DNA of 64,000 bases from Nemertoderma westbladi (GCA_032718475.1 JAUCBJ010007040.1:1-64000); one strand, 5' to 3'. Positions 50,201 to 61,560 are shown, counted from the stretch's first letter. A program made the numbers and translations. Notes: a model not told the origin generated them from the letters alone.

Positions 50201-50381
50201 CACCGTTGATTTTGGTGAGGCACAGCCTGCTGCACGAGCCGCATAAGGAACGGGGTAGATTGGCTTGACGTGGTTCAGTTGGAGCAGATTGAGAGTCTGA
50301 CTGACTGAAGATGAGGGTTTGGGGGGATTCGGGTATTTCAGATCGACTTAGGTGGCCCGAAATATTGGGTTGAGGTAACAC
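47259..50381 (-). CDS. CRE-like (R2 superfamily) non-LTR retrotransposon protein: zinc finger, RT and restriction-like endonuclease
   Basis: N-terminal CGSC...H...C finger; GSAAGPDKLRP, GGIRPIAVG, DFKNAFNS, GIQQGDPLG, WFLDDG, LPIASGGLG; C-terminal HSGAWL...HGLSC...SRH...RKPDG...VWDFT endonuclease. Uninterrupted over 1040 aa. Confidence 0.9.
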   Translation of the reverse strand: MLPQPNISGHLSRSEIPESPQTLIFSQSDSQSAPTEPRQANLPRSLCGSCSRLCLTKINGGLRKHKALDGSHCPSSGSLPLLNQPVVSPTSNQTPVSGPSCEPPNPALPQTPCEAPGFNYAAHLTNLFITLSKIKTLTRIPRGARSSAASAYTRLCSSVTQDNSVKNWINLLAFPYCLRVPSCNTRKRRCNKSNHPSRVGKSLTSKVKDQISDYLDLALGPSPIALPTPPRQCPLKTDSQAIRVEHLGNLISSKIEEGNVKAAARLASSATSIAPATPETLQALLSLHPPAVPGCLLELPSLDVLDIPLIEFSLPEIMKSIRSFPNGSAAGPDKLRPQFLKDFCSHQSGDAAMGALKGITGISNLLIKGLVPETILPFLYGARLCAFTKVNGGIRPIAVGCTLRRLSAKTGCHQSSKNSQLKLAPHQLGHGIPRGCEAAVHASRRFLQESVEPTIMVKIDFKNAFNSVHRGPVLHSILQNLPPLYPIAFQAYSQPTHLFYEDTTISSEVGIQQGDPLGNLFFSSDTHEIVESVETPLNVWFLDDGSLGGTPSVVASNLESVISKAAKLGLQIKASKCELIFSTNFPPNRKPETAAIFDAITPGIKCIDLVDASLLGAPLGEPAMESILQNKASELATFTNRLQLLSSHDALYLLRHCFAIPKLMFILRCSPCFLAPSLSDFDSSIRAALESTLNIRLDGSSWSQASLPIASGGLGVRSTRDVSLPAFLASVFGCGPLLRALLPPSISDSTNPLISKALSLLPPGTDTPPNPSVQKAWDAPLCSKTYDSLLASANTPKAKARLIASKAKHSGAWLQVLPIASLGLRLSDDQVRIGTAIRLGAPVCAEHSRQGCDAVVDTSGTHGLSCLHNCGKFSRHAEANDVIHRALSSAGISSTLEPRNLCKDGRKPDGMSVAPWHQGRSLVWDFTCRDTLAQSYLPITSITEGGAAAAAEATKAAKYADLAHNYHFVTVASETLGPIGDEGTVLLNEIGRRIALATGEPRSTSFLFQRLSIAITRGNASAIMGTLPTQASLDEVFLLR

Positions 50382-51190
50382 ATGGAAGAAGGGAGGGGAG
50401 ATAGGGGTGGATGCATGGTGGGTGGGAGGGGGGGTGATGATGGTGCACAGGGTGCTCGTTTGGCGTCGACCAGAGGGGGAAGGTCGGGTTCGGGGAGCGT
50501 GATGGTGGAAGAACTGGGGCTTACTAGGGTGGAGTGACTAGCAACAAGGTCCCGCAGGTGGACCCGGAAAGAATTGATTGGTTCATCATTGTTATAGGGG
50601 GGTACAATACCGTCGAGACTCATTTTAAGAAAGCGACAGACGAAAACCCCACATTGGAAACCATCGAACTGGAGTTTGGGAAGTGGTAAACCGATGCTAG
50701 TTGGGGGCGTTTGGATGCCGTGATGTGATGAAGTGGCTGTAACCCAGTGTTGGAGGGCAGCTACACGCTGTCCATCAATTCCACCGAATGAGTCATAGTA
50801 ATTGATGACCCCTGATTGGGGGGAGAAGGATGCCAAAGTCCAATGATAGCCCCCCACGTTTATTGGGAAAAAAAGTACGTCATAGGAAAATGTGTCTGCC
50901 TGGGACCAGCGGCGGACCCTAGAGATCCCGTTGGGTGACATGAGGGTGTTAAAAAACTGGGTGCTGAAAACCTTTGCTTTACCGGGGTATTGGAGGCAGA
51001 AGAATTCAGAGATTGCCTCGATAATATTGTCATTCAGCCAGTTTTTGCCTGAGAGGGTGCTGATGTCGGCTTCAGAGATGGAACAGCCAGCCAGGAGGAA
51101 AGATGGTTTATCTACAGATGGAGGGTCAAAGAGGAGGACGCTATCGGAAATAAAATCGGAACTGAGATTGATTGTGGTGTTTGGATCCAT
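50348..51190 (-). CDS. Ulp1/SENP-family (peptidase C48) cysteine protease domain at the element's N-terminus
   Basis: WLNDNII, FSTQFF, FFPINVGGYHWTL (His), YYDS (Asp) and LQFDGFQCGVFVC (Gln, Cys); the catalytic triad is intact. Confidence 0.88.
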   Translation of the reverse strand: MDPNTTINLSSDFISDSVLLFDPPSVDKPSFLLAGCSISEADISTLSGKNWLNDNIIEAISEFFCLQYPGKAKVFSTQFFNTLMSPNGISRVRRWSQADTFSYDVLFFPINVGGYHWTLASFSPQSGVINYYDSFGGIDGQRVAALQHWVTATSSHHGIQTPPTSIGLPLPKLQFDGFQCGVFVCRFLKMSLDGIVPPYNNDEPINSFRVHLRDLVASHSTLVSPSSSTITLPEPDLPPLVDAKRAPCAPSSPPLPPTMHPPLSPLPSSMCYLNPIFRAT

Positions 51191-51509
51191 TAAACTTTTT
51201 TGAATCTCGAAATGATAACAATATTAGCAATAATTGGTAAGAAAATGTAACCGGAGTAGCCTAATGGTGATACAGAAGTTGGCCCTATTAGCCTAATCGG
51301 GCGGTACAGCAATAAAATATGAAACAGCAACAAATGGGACGGCAAACGATATGCAGTTACAGGTGAGGTGAGATAAATTGATGGTAGAAGGATGCTGGCG
51401 TATAGAAGAGATTGTAATGATAACAGTTATTGATTTGTAAATAGTAATCGCATTGAAGGGTGATGCAGTCATATGCCATATGGGTGGTATTTAAACAAAC
51501 TGAGAAGAG

Positions 51510-51670
51510 GGCGGTGCCCGAAAGGAGAGGAGAGCGGTGCCTGAACTGAGGAGCGCGGTGCCCGAACTGAGAAGCGCGGTGCCCGAACAGAGGAGCGCGG
51601 TCCCTGAACTGAGAAGCGCTGTGCCCGAACTGAGAAGCGCGGTGGCCGTACTGAGAAGTGCGATGCCCAA
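51510..51670. repeat. 21-bp GC-rich tandem repeat (~7 copies) in the probable 5' UTR of the CRE-like element
   Basis: Unit gcggtgcccgaactgagaagc with variants. Confidence 0.9.
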
Positions 51671-51926
51671 ACGTCGGCCCCGGGGTGGGTACCAGTAACT
51701 GGGTCACCGGCCACCACCCACAACTGGGCCCGGAACCTCGGTAGTCGTTGCACGAACCTTGAAACACGTATGGCGGCTTGGTGGACAGTAGTCTGACATT
51801 AGAATTAGCAGTAGGAGGTGAATTTAATCACCTACTTATGATTTTATTAGTTCAATCAAGACCATAAGTGATGTTTCTTTGTGAAGAAGCTTCTTTGTGA
51901 AGAAATTTTGTTGTATTATTATGAAT

Positions 51927-52270
51927 CTAATAATAATAATAATATATTTCTTTACATTCCCCAACGGGGTAAATCTCCAACGTATGTATCTGTGAATGTA
52001 AAAGTAATGAAAAGTGGACTGTGAATGTGCAACACGAACACATGAGGAAACCCCACTCGTGGGTTACCTGTAAGGCAGGGATATCACTACACTAACTCCA
52101 AAGGATGATCACTCCCTAAAGTCCAACCGTTTTCATTTTCGTTACCCCCCAGGTCATCATCATAACCTGGGTTGGTGTCCCAGTTAGAATATTGTAAATG
52201 GCTTTGCATGGGATCGCACCCTGCACCTCCAAGGTAGAAACAACACACAAGCCACCATCATAAGCCACCA
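51927..52270 (-). mobile_element. Possible decayed tRNA-derived SINE
   Basis: On the minus strand, a B-box-like gggtgcgatccc (~52211-52222) near the head and a (TTA)n tail at ~51928-51943. A box not clear. Confidence 0.35.
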
Positions 52271-52404
52271 TTGGTAAAGGAGATGGTAGATAAAATAGCC
52301 TGTATATATATAAAATGGTATTATTGTATAAATTATAAAACTAAAGTAGATAAATACAACCGCCGGGTGCGTGATCCTGTCAATTAATAATAGTATTAAT
52401 ATAT

Positions 52405-52728
52405 TGAAGTAAATAATAATCCCACTGTTTATAAAAAGATATATTTATTTCGCAAATTTTCGAGTTGGCATTACTCTTAATCATGCTATTATTGTAGCTC
52501 AATTATAGAAAATAAAAAAAAATTGTAAAAATAAAAAAAATTAAAAATTAAAGAAAAATAATTAAAAAAAATCTAGTAATTTTAGTAAATTATAGTAATT
52601 ATAGTATAGTTTACTATAATTTAGCTACAATAATAGCATGATTAAGAGTAATGCCAACTCGAAAATTTGCGAAATAAATATATCTTTTTAAAAACAGCGG
52701 GATATTGGTCCCTTTATTATTTACTTCA
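52405..52728. mobile_element. MITE-like inverted-repeat element
   Basis: Arms of ~100 bp: aaaaagatatatttatttcgcaaattttcgagttggcattactcttaatcatgctattattgtagct and its reverse complement at ~52622-52690, plus ttgaagtaaataataa/ttattatttacttcaa ends. Confidence 0.85.
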
Positions 52729-53184
52729 AATTATTATTATTATATATAATATGGTATATAATGTATAATCCGATCTCTATTTTTATCTTACACTAACGTA
52801 ATTAAAAGTACCAATAGCCTACCTACCTATTGTAGGCCCCCAAATAGCTTATCTATCTTTAGGCCTAACAATTAATAGATTACCTATCTGTAGGTCACCA
52901 ATAGCATATCTATCTGTAGGCGTACCCATAGCCTCCTATCTCTAGCCCTACCAATAGCCTATTGATACCTATCTGCTATATTTTTAAAGATATGTTTATT
53001 TAGATTTTCGGCAAAACCGCTAGTTTTTCTAACAATTATTTTATTCTACATAATAAATATTATATTTCATTATATTTTATTATATTTCATTATATTTTAT
53101 TATATTTCATTATATTTTATTATATTTCATTATAACATAAACTAGTATATGAGTTTAAAAATAATTTCATTGCTTACAATTAAG

Positions 53185-53823
53185 GTGATTTCTGCACGCC
53201 AGGATATCCTTATGGAACAATTGTCTCAACAAATACAAACGGACTGAATGGCCAACAACTTATCCAGGATAACGGGCGATGGTTAGTTATTCAGCGCCGT
53301 GTCAATGGAGACACTGACTTCCATCGCGTCTGGGAAGACTACAAGAATGGATTTGGAGATCTCAGCACCAACTTCTGGCTCGGTCTCGATAACATCCACA
53401 ATCTCACCAACGTGGGAGTCAAGTTGAGAGTTGAAGTTTGTGATGAGAATTGGGGGTATATGGTGGCAATATATTCCCACTTTCGGGTAGATGCCAACTA
53501 CAATTTGTACCTTTCTGGATATAACGATACAATTGACACTACTATCCAATATGATTCTCTAACACGACCAAGCACAAGATATCCACACGGCTACCACAAT
53601 GGAACGAAATTCTCAACAAAAGATAATGATAACGACGACTATGTGCCTGATAATTGCGCTATTCTACGCTATGGAGGGGGATGGTGGTTTCGACATTGCG
53701 GTTTTTCATCATTAAATGGTGGTTATGGATTACCTAGAATACCTGGCGGGCCAGTACAAGGGATTCATTGGCAGCCCTTCACAGAGAATGGACTTAAAGC
53801 AGAAATGAAAATCCGAGTTCCAG
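53185..53823 (+). CDS. Internal exon encoding a fibrinogen C-terminal (FReD) domain
   Basis: WLVIQRRVNGDTDFHRVWEDYKNGFGDLSTNFWLGLDNIH...KFSTKDNDND...NCA...GGWWF..C..SSLNG...EMKIR. Acceptor AG at 53183-84 (in-frame TAA just upstream), donor GTAAGT at 53824; 639 nt, phase 1-1. Confidence 0.9.
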
Positions 53824-54196
53824 GTAAGTACAGTACGTCCAACATACAAGAAGCACGGCAGAGTAGGCCTACTAAAAGGAATTAGGATGTTTCGATCTGA
53901 TTTTTTCACCTGAAGCGTTTGTCAATTGAGCAAAAGGCAGTAATCAAACCAAAAAAATAAAGTAAAGTGTATATAACATGTTATAACAGTTATATTTTTG
54001 GGAGTAATCAGCTGTTATTTGCGTCGATTTTCTCGCGAAGAGGGATAAATTTGAATTGCATCGAAAGTCTCCATACCAGGATTTAACTTTTCGGTCGACT
54101 TTTGAATGGAATTTTATATATGAAGATTTTTCATTTTTTTAAATTTATCTTTATTAAGTGTTTTATAGCGCTTATTTCGTTCGTATAACCTGTACA

Positions 54197-54400
54197 TAAT
54201 AATAATAATAATAATAATAAAAATATTTATATAGCGCCTTTCCTAAATTAAGAGCAAGGCGCATGGCACTGTTAAAATGTAGGATTGCTAAAAAATTAGA
54301 TAAAAACAGTTTAATTAAAAACGGACATTGATAACATCGTGTGAATATGATTATGCAGATTTACTCGTACTCCAGGTGGAAGTAGTGTGTTTTATATATA
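54197..54400 (-). mobile_element. L2-like LINE/SINE 3' tail fragment
   Basis: The minus strand reads a stem-loop gcgcctt...aaggcgc, then tatataaat and (TTA)n. Confidence 0.5.
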
Positions 54401-54684
54401 CTAATTCGTTTATAGTTTTGGTTAGATTCAACTTAACGTTAGATTCCAAAGATTTTTTGGTTAGTTAGGTGAAATATAACGGCAGAAAGTCTGGTATTCT
54501 TCACATGGGCCGAAAATGCCGTTTTTGCCGCAATTAACATAATTAACTAATTAGCTGCTTTTTAACTTCGTTACTCGAATTCTCAAAGGCCGTATGTAAA
54601 TTCTATTTGGATAATTTGTAAACATTGACAGACTATTTTTGTACCAAGTTTGGTTACATTTCATCCTTGTTTGGATGGGTTATT

Positions 54685-56666
54685 CATCGTTTTCATGGTT
54701 GGATCGCTTTCTGCGCCTTCATAAGGCGCAGAAAGAGTCCCGACTCAAACAGACTACAGCGGCCAAGAATGCAGTTAAAGCTGCATCTAGGTCCCTGAAC
54801 AGGCAGTACTCTGTTAATCTACAGGAGCTAATAAATCAACAGGTTGATGCCATCAATGATGCTGACGACAGCAGGCAATCATCCCAGGCATGGAAATCGA
54901 TCAATCTGCTTACTGGGCGGAAAAGCCAACCAACCACCAAGGTTAAGGCTGAATCACCAGCCGATCGCCTCAATGGTTGGAAAGCCCACTTTGAAAAGCT
55001 CCTCAATAATGACAGGGTATTGCCTGATAACTTTATAGAAGTAAAAGTGTCTGAGTCTGTACTCCCAGATATTCCCATTGGCGATATCTCCTTTGCAGAA
55101 GTGAAGGCTGCTGCAAAGAGCATTAAGACCAATCGTGCCAGTGGAGTAGATGGTGTTCCCCCTGAGGTCTTTAAAATACCTGAGTGTTTAAAGCTCATCT
55201 ATCCCATCATAGTAGACATGTACCATACAACAAGAGTCCCACAAGAAATGAAAACAAATAAGTTGGTGCCAGTTCCCAAGAAGGGCAACCTAACACTCTA
55301 TGGTTCTTTTCGGGGAATCTCATTGATCTCGATTGCTGCAAAACTATACAATAGAATTCTATTAAATCGCATCAGGGATCCCATTGAGAGACTGCTACGT
55401 GGAAATCAGAATGGGTTCCGTAAATGTCGTGGGACCATGGAGCCCATTTTGGCACTTAGAAGGATAATTGAAGAGTTATCAAAAAAGAAAGACAGGCATC
55501 TGGCTGTTATCTTTGTTGACTTCTTCAAGGCCTTTGATTCAGTCTCTCGCTCACGTATGTTCAGCATACTTTCATTATATGGGATTCCTGATGAAATTAT
55601 TGCAGCAATCAGATCAGTATACGATGGTTCGACAACATTTGTGTCTACTGTTGATGGTGACACAGAACCATTTGAAGTGTTATGGGGCGTCCTCCAAGGA
55701 GACACACTTGCACCATTCTTGTTCATTATTGTGGTTGACTATGTTCTACGCATGTCCTTAGATCATCATAATGATGATGGGGTGATGATAACTCCACCTA
55801 CTGGCTCCAGAAGTCGAGGAAATCCTGCCAAGTACCTAACTGATCTAGACTTTGCTGATGACTTAGGAGTACTCTCAGAATCATTAGAGGGAGCCCAGCG
55901 GCTCCTCAGCTCATTAGAACATGCTGCTTCTAGTGTTGGTCTTTTTATTAACTCCAGAAAGACCAAAATTCTGACAGTTAACTTTGAAAGTCCTCAGCAA
56001 GTCTCTGATCGGATGAGCATAAGCTCAAAGGATGGTATGCTTGAGCATGTGGACGACTTCTGTTACCTGGGATCATGGATCCGGAAGTCAGGTGAGGACC
56101 TTCGAATACGTAAGGGAAAGGCATGGGCAGCCTTGAATAGGCTTTCCAGGATTTGGAAGTCACCTAGAATTAATCGGAAACTTAAGGTCCGATTATTCAG
56201 AGCAGCAGTAGTTCCAGTACTCCTCTACGGGAGTCCATGCTGGGCTCTAACTGCTGAGGACACCAAATCTCTGGATGGCACATTCACAAGAATGCTACGC
56301 CGGGTACATTGTGTCAAGTACAATGCACACATCTCCAACCAGACACTATATAACATTGGAGGTGTCTCATTGGTTCCCCCAAGCTTGACACTAGAACAAA
56401 ATCGCCTCCGCTTTGCAGGACATTGCTTTCGCCGTGAGGACCAGCCAGTGCATAATCTTGTACTTTGGCAGCCTCATGGAGTGAATAAGCATGGTGGACA
56501 GCCCATGACTTTCTTGAGACGCATCTTAAAGGACACTGGCCTTAAAGATGCGGATGATCTAGCAAATGTCATGGGTGATAGGGAGTTGTGGCGGTGCAAT
56601 TTTGTTGACAAGCCGGCACAGCATTCTTAAAAATGCAGCTGCAATGCAGCATGCCGATCCTAGTAG
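54685..56666 (+). mobile_element. 5'-truncated RTE-clade LINE with open RT ORF
   Basis: FRGISLISIAAKLYNRIL, QNGFR, FVDFFKAFDS, GVLQGDTLAP and LDFADD motifs; (TAG)n tail; 13-bp TSD tggatgggttatt at 54672-54684 and 56667-56679. Confidence 0.95.
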
Positions 56667-57045
56667 TGGATGGGTTATTAACCTTGGAAATATTCGGATC
56701 TACAGAGCAATAGAATGACAGGTTGCTTAATGGTACCCCAGGCTAAGGCTCACCTTACTTCGTGGCTAGCCCCACATCGGAATACTGTGCTGTAAATGAT
56801 TTGGAAACGCTGATTAAGTCCTTATGTCATTAGGTCTTCCATCGTTAAGACCTGTGTCATTAGGTCCTTGTATTTTTATTGTATTTTGAGGCATACAATT
56901 ATCCATAGCAGGAGCGGTATTTTGATCAGAAGGCTCCTCTTTCGATAGCTGCTACCCGAGGTATTGGTGGGCGATACTCCTATCAAAAGTTTTGCTCCCA
57001 GTAATTCGACTGGTATTTTGTAGCATTTTCAATTTTATGTAGATA

Positions 57046-57310
57046 CTAGCAGGCAATACCCGAGGCATGTTACCCGGTATTTCCCGCTACCTGCATAGGC
57101 CTACTGGCGTACTGGTACCGGAATAGGCCTACTGACGTACCGGTACCCAGTACCGGTACCGAACGTGAATTAAACTTTTCGAAAAGTGGCCTATAACGAC
57201 CGCTGGTTAATGTTATACACACATGCCAAGTTCCAGCGCAATCCCTCTGCCCGTTTTGGAGGAGTTCAAACACAGAGAGACAGAGAGAATTTGATTTTTA
57301 TAGGTATAGA
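57046..57310 (-). mobile_element. Small non-autonomous Helitron
   Basis: The minus strand starts A|TC(tatacctataaaa) and ends CTAG|T, with an imperfect GC hairpin (ccgggtaacatgcctcgg) just before the 3' end. No TSD. Confidence 0.65.
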
Positions 57311-59569
57311 TGAATTGCAAAAATAAGTTGTATTCTATCATGAAATCATGACAACTATAATAGTTATATAACTTTTATAACTTGTCATAAATTATAGGCG
57401 TCGAGTAGTCATAGGCGATCTATGGGTGTTAATGTCAGTAACTTTGTAATAGACACAAGTATTTATTGCGACTATGATGGTTGCTCCAAGCATCATGACC
57501 CTTTCTAGGATGTGGATGGGATTCCAGAACATTAATCTATCTGATGATGTAATAGATGCGTAAGGGATTCGCAGGACTGATCTCCAAGAAAGATGAGTTC
57601 AATCTTCACTGGGTTTGTAAAGAGCCCACATATTAACCTCTCCTCAAAGACTCAGGTCTTCCAACTTCACTTGTTAGTTTATTCGTGGAGTTCCCATCGT
57701 CCAGTTATCATATTCAACTCTGACGGAAGGGACTGTATGGTGGAGTTCAATGCGTCACAAACTGTCCGCCATTGTCTCCTTGCTCAACTCACTCATTCGA
57801 GAGAAGAGTATCCTCCCCATAGACGAGGATTCTAGTGGCATTGTATACAACCACAGTGTAGTTATGTGTGGTAGGGTTTCGATAAAACACCAACACAAAA
57901 GATTATAAACTCAGACTTTATACTGATCTGATTCAGTATTTCGGGGTATTAAATTTCATTATTTCCGCTACTGTAAATCATGATGTATATATCTTACTGA
58001 CACCACAATAAAGAAATTTCTACTTAGCCCATGACCTATACATCAAATATCGCTTTTAGATCAATAATATATTTATTGATGTAATAAAAATATATCTTCG
58101 AATTGTAAAAATGTACTACACCTCCACTACCACCACCATTCATTTTGAAATTGATGAACATTATTCTAATATAATGTGGGATCAGTTACCTAATAATTCC
58201 TGAACATATAATCTTCAAGGAATGTAAACACTCAGTTAATCATTTATAAATTAAACGACCAGGCAAATCCAAACGATGCACTTACTTATCCATAGTATTT
58301 GTCCTGGGGGATTCTGTGATACTAGAGGTTTTGGTCTGAGCTTTACTATATGTTCACCTGTCGACGGCATCAACTCTTGCTGAAGGGGTGAATATGGCAT
58401 CAGGTGCATCATATAACATGACCAGAAGATGACCAGATAAATCTGAGATGATATCGGCAGATTTCATAAGAACCAACCATAATTGCAAATATATAATGTA
58501 ATCAATAAGACAATATGATAATGCTCTCCATAGCGCCCACAACAATTCATTTATAATTGCAAATATGTCCCAACAATTAGATTTCACATCCTGTACAACA
58601 ACCATGGCACTTGGCCAGGTAGGATCAGTACAAGTGCTACAACAGAATGAACATAATAGGACTTCCTCTTGGTGCTGAGTTGAGACTGTTTAATCTGAAA
58701 ATATCAGTACTCTTCTTGTGCTACTCTTGAAAATAAGCCCCAGGGGCTGGAAACAGTGATCTAAGAGGGTGACCAAGTATTTTTGGGATGGGGAAATCCT
58801 GTTCGTGTTAGTTCGGTGTGTTTCGGAGTTCTATAATCACAGTAAGAAATTCATTACTATTATGTCACCACTAGCTTTACCCAGTAAATATTTCACCTTT
58901 TTCACATAGGTCAAAAATCGGAGTAAGGTATTATTTCCATGCTGGAGTCTCCAAATTTCACAAGTTTATGACTCCAATCTGCAGCATGAGTTGCTAAAGA
59001 TGTAGGGGATCTGCATTCATCTGGTGCCAATGCGTCATACTTTCGCAGAGCTTCTATCCCAGAATGAATTGCCCTGGTTACCTACGATTTAAACTCTTGT
59101 CGCGATTTTTTACAATTGCAATTTCCTGTTTAAAATCATATCTATTCTATATTCAGTTGAAAATACCTCGCAGAACCATTATAATGATCGATATAATGCT
59201 AACAAAAAAGGTTATAAACTCATACTATATATATATGATAGTTATAATAGTATATATATACAGTATATATCCAACACACAACCTTAGGGCCACTTATGGG
59301 TGTAAGTAGGTGGCCTTTATGGTTCTATTCAATATCCAACAGTGGCCGTATGGTCGGAAAGGTGGCCCTATGATTTAATCGTGCCATGGGGCCACAGTTG
59401 GCGCTATGGTATGAAGTAGCTGTAAGGCGTCATAAGGTCCTTTGGACGTTAGGTGTTGCGTCTTTAGGTCCTATGAGTGATTGTTATTAACCACTGCGCT
59501 GTTAGGATCTGTCATAATACAGTAGTTTTATTTCTATTTAAAGTTGATTATCCTCAAAAATTCAGTAAG

Positions 59570-59808
59570 CCTTCTATTAAGTGAGCGTTCTATTCAGTGA
59601 GTGTTCTATTCAGTGAGTGTTCTATTCAGTGAGTGTTCTATTAAGTGAGCGTTCTATTCAGTGTGTGTTCTATTTAGTGAGTGTTCTATTAAGTGAGTGT
59701 TCTATTCAGTGAGTGTTCTATTCAGTGGGTGTTCTATTCAGTGAGTGTTCGATTCAGAAAATGTACTATTCAGTGAACGTTCTATTCAGTGAGCATTCTA
59801 TTCAGTGC
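59570..59808. repeat. 16-bp minisatellite, ~14 copies
   Basis: Unit gtgttctattcagtga. Confidence 0.95.
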
Positions 59809-60019
59809 ATCCTCCTCATACTCCTCTCATACTCAACCCATTTTGCTCTCACTCTCCACGACTGTGGTCCCATCAAGTGCCCCTCCTACTCATATCCCGG
59901 TAGTGCCCGTCTGAACAATTCTTATCCCGCAGGATATCAGCTTTAACAATAAATCCTGAACTCCGCCCTGTTGTTCAATGACCACACTGTTGTCGGGTCC
60001 CACGCATGTGCGCATCATG

Positions 60020-61560
60020 TCAGTGAGATCCGTCTAACATCTCGTCCTCCTTCTCGTCCTCTGCTGGGGCCGCAATTCTCTCTATCGGCGGCATCGCGCA
60101 GAACTCGTCCTCACCTTCCTCTCTCGCCGGGAGTGGACCCGAACCCGGTAGATCCACTATGTCCCTTTCCACCTTGGTTTCCACCCATGACTTTCCACCC
60201 CTCCAGCTCCCTCCGTCTCTTCCTTCTAAAATCGCCCTCAGAGCCCCCTGGCATGGGCATTGCTGTTTCGGTGATTCTTCCAACCATCCCAGTTCATCCC
60301 CCAGAAATTCGCCTGAGGTGTCCGATCCCCACCTCAGTTCGTCCAGGTTCTGGGCTTCGAACTCGTATTCCTCTCCCCTTATATTCGCTTCTCTCTCCGC
60401 TGCCTCCATCCTTTCTCTCCTCGCGACCTCCTCCAGTCTCCTCTCCTCGACTCTATCCGCTTCCAACTTCTTCCACCTCTTGTACGGTGTGTCCACCTCT
60501 CTGTCCAGTAGGCGTCGGCTATCGTAGTATACCGACCCGGTGGTCTACAAGACCCTCAAAGGCCACCTTAAAGGCTCTACTGTGATTTAGAGGTGCTCCT
60601 GATAGTAGAAATGCCGTCAGCTCTCTTCTGATGACCACGGTAATGAATAGGTTTAGTAAACCTATCATTATCCAATCCTCCTGTAAGAGATATCTCTTCT
60701 GATATTTCTTTATCGCTCCCCTTCGGAACTGATATACCTCCTGCTTTCTTGGTCTCGCTCTCCATTTCAGCGAGTTCGCAAGTTCCGCTCCGAATTCCTC
60801 TCGGAACTTGCCCCCGTCCATCGGCTTGTGGCAGACGAGCCCCATCAGTTGGCCCATCGCCACAGCTCCACAATGTCCCGTGTTCTCCACCAATCCCAAC
60901 CCCTCTGGCCCCGTCATAGCCATATAGACTATTTGCATGTCCAGGAGATTGGGGGTGTCCGGTCCGATTATCTTGTCCGCGTCGACGCGGATCGCCGATC
61001 CCACCTTAACTGTAGTCTTCTGTCTCACTAGGTCCTGCACCGCCCTCGGCAACAGGTTCAACTTCGGCCGCTCTTCTTCCCGTAGGTCCCCAGGTCGAAT
61101 AGAAAGATATCTACGTTTGGCGCTGCCAAATGCAGTAGTATAGTTCTAGCCGATCCCGCCGACCCCCTTCTCGAGCCCTCATCGGCCTCCACAGTCCCTT
61201 CGTCATCTAGGACCATGTACCCGCCCCTGCTCACGGATTCTACAAACCTCCTCCACTCCTTCCTCTGTGGTTCCCTCGGAGACTTCGGTATCCCGAACTT
61301 CGCCTCATCTCCCTTTACTACGTAGCGAAAATGCTCGAGGATCGCATTGTCCAATGACGGCGTCCTGTAGGTCCCAACCAGTCATCGCTCGTGCATCTCC
61401 CTAAACTGGTCTTGTAGCACCTGCGCTTTGTGACCCCTCGGTATCAGTTTGTAGTATCCTTTCGTCTTCTCCTCCGGATGCCTCTGCGTGAAGTCCACTA
61501 ATAACTCCTTTCCAGTTCTTCTCCGCCTTTCTCTTCTTTACTAACCTCTCCGCCATCACG
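60020..61560 (-). pseudogene. Decayed ~500-codon reading frame of unknown function, probably an accessory ORF of the adjacent BEL-like element
   Basis: Consecutive minus-strand ORFs 61354-61058, 61061-60519 and 60496-60020 abut or nearly abut, with coding-like purine-rich composition. No recognisable domain. Confidence 0.45.

Noticed and set aside
54639-54720. Hydrophobic N-terminus (MYQVWLHFILVW...) of the 663-aa RT ORF
   Set aside because: It starts at TTG in flanking DNA upstream of the TSD; a chance in-frame extension of a 5'-truncated element.
58350-59070. Possible minus-strand exons (ttttcag acceptor near 58700)
   Set aside because: All frames contain stops and no domain is recognisable.
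59971-60585. Pro/Ser-rich plus-strand ORFs (also 62793-63957)
   Set aside because: Pyrimidine-rich antisense of purine-rich minus-strand retroelement sequence.
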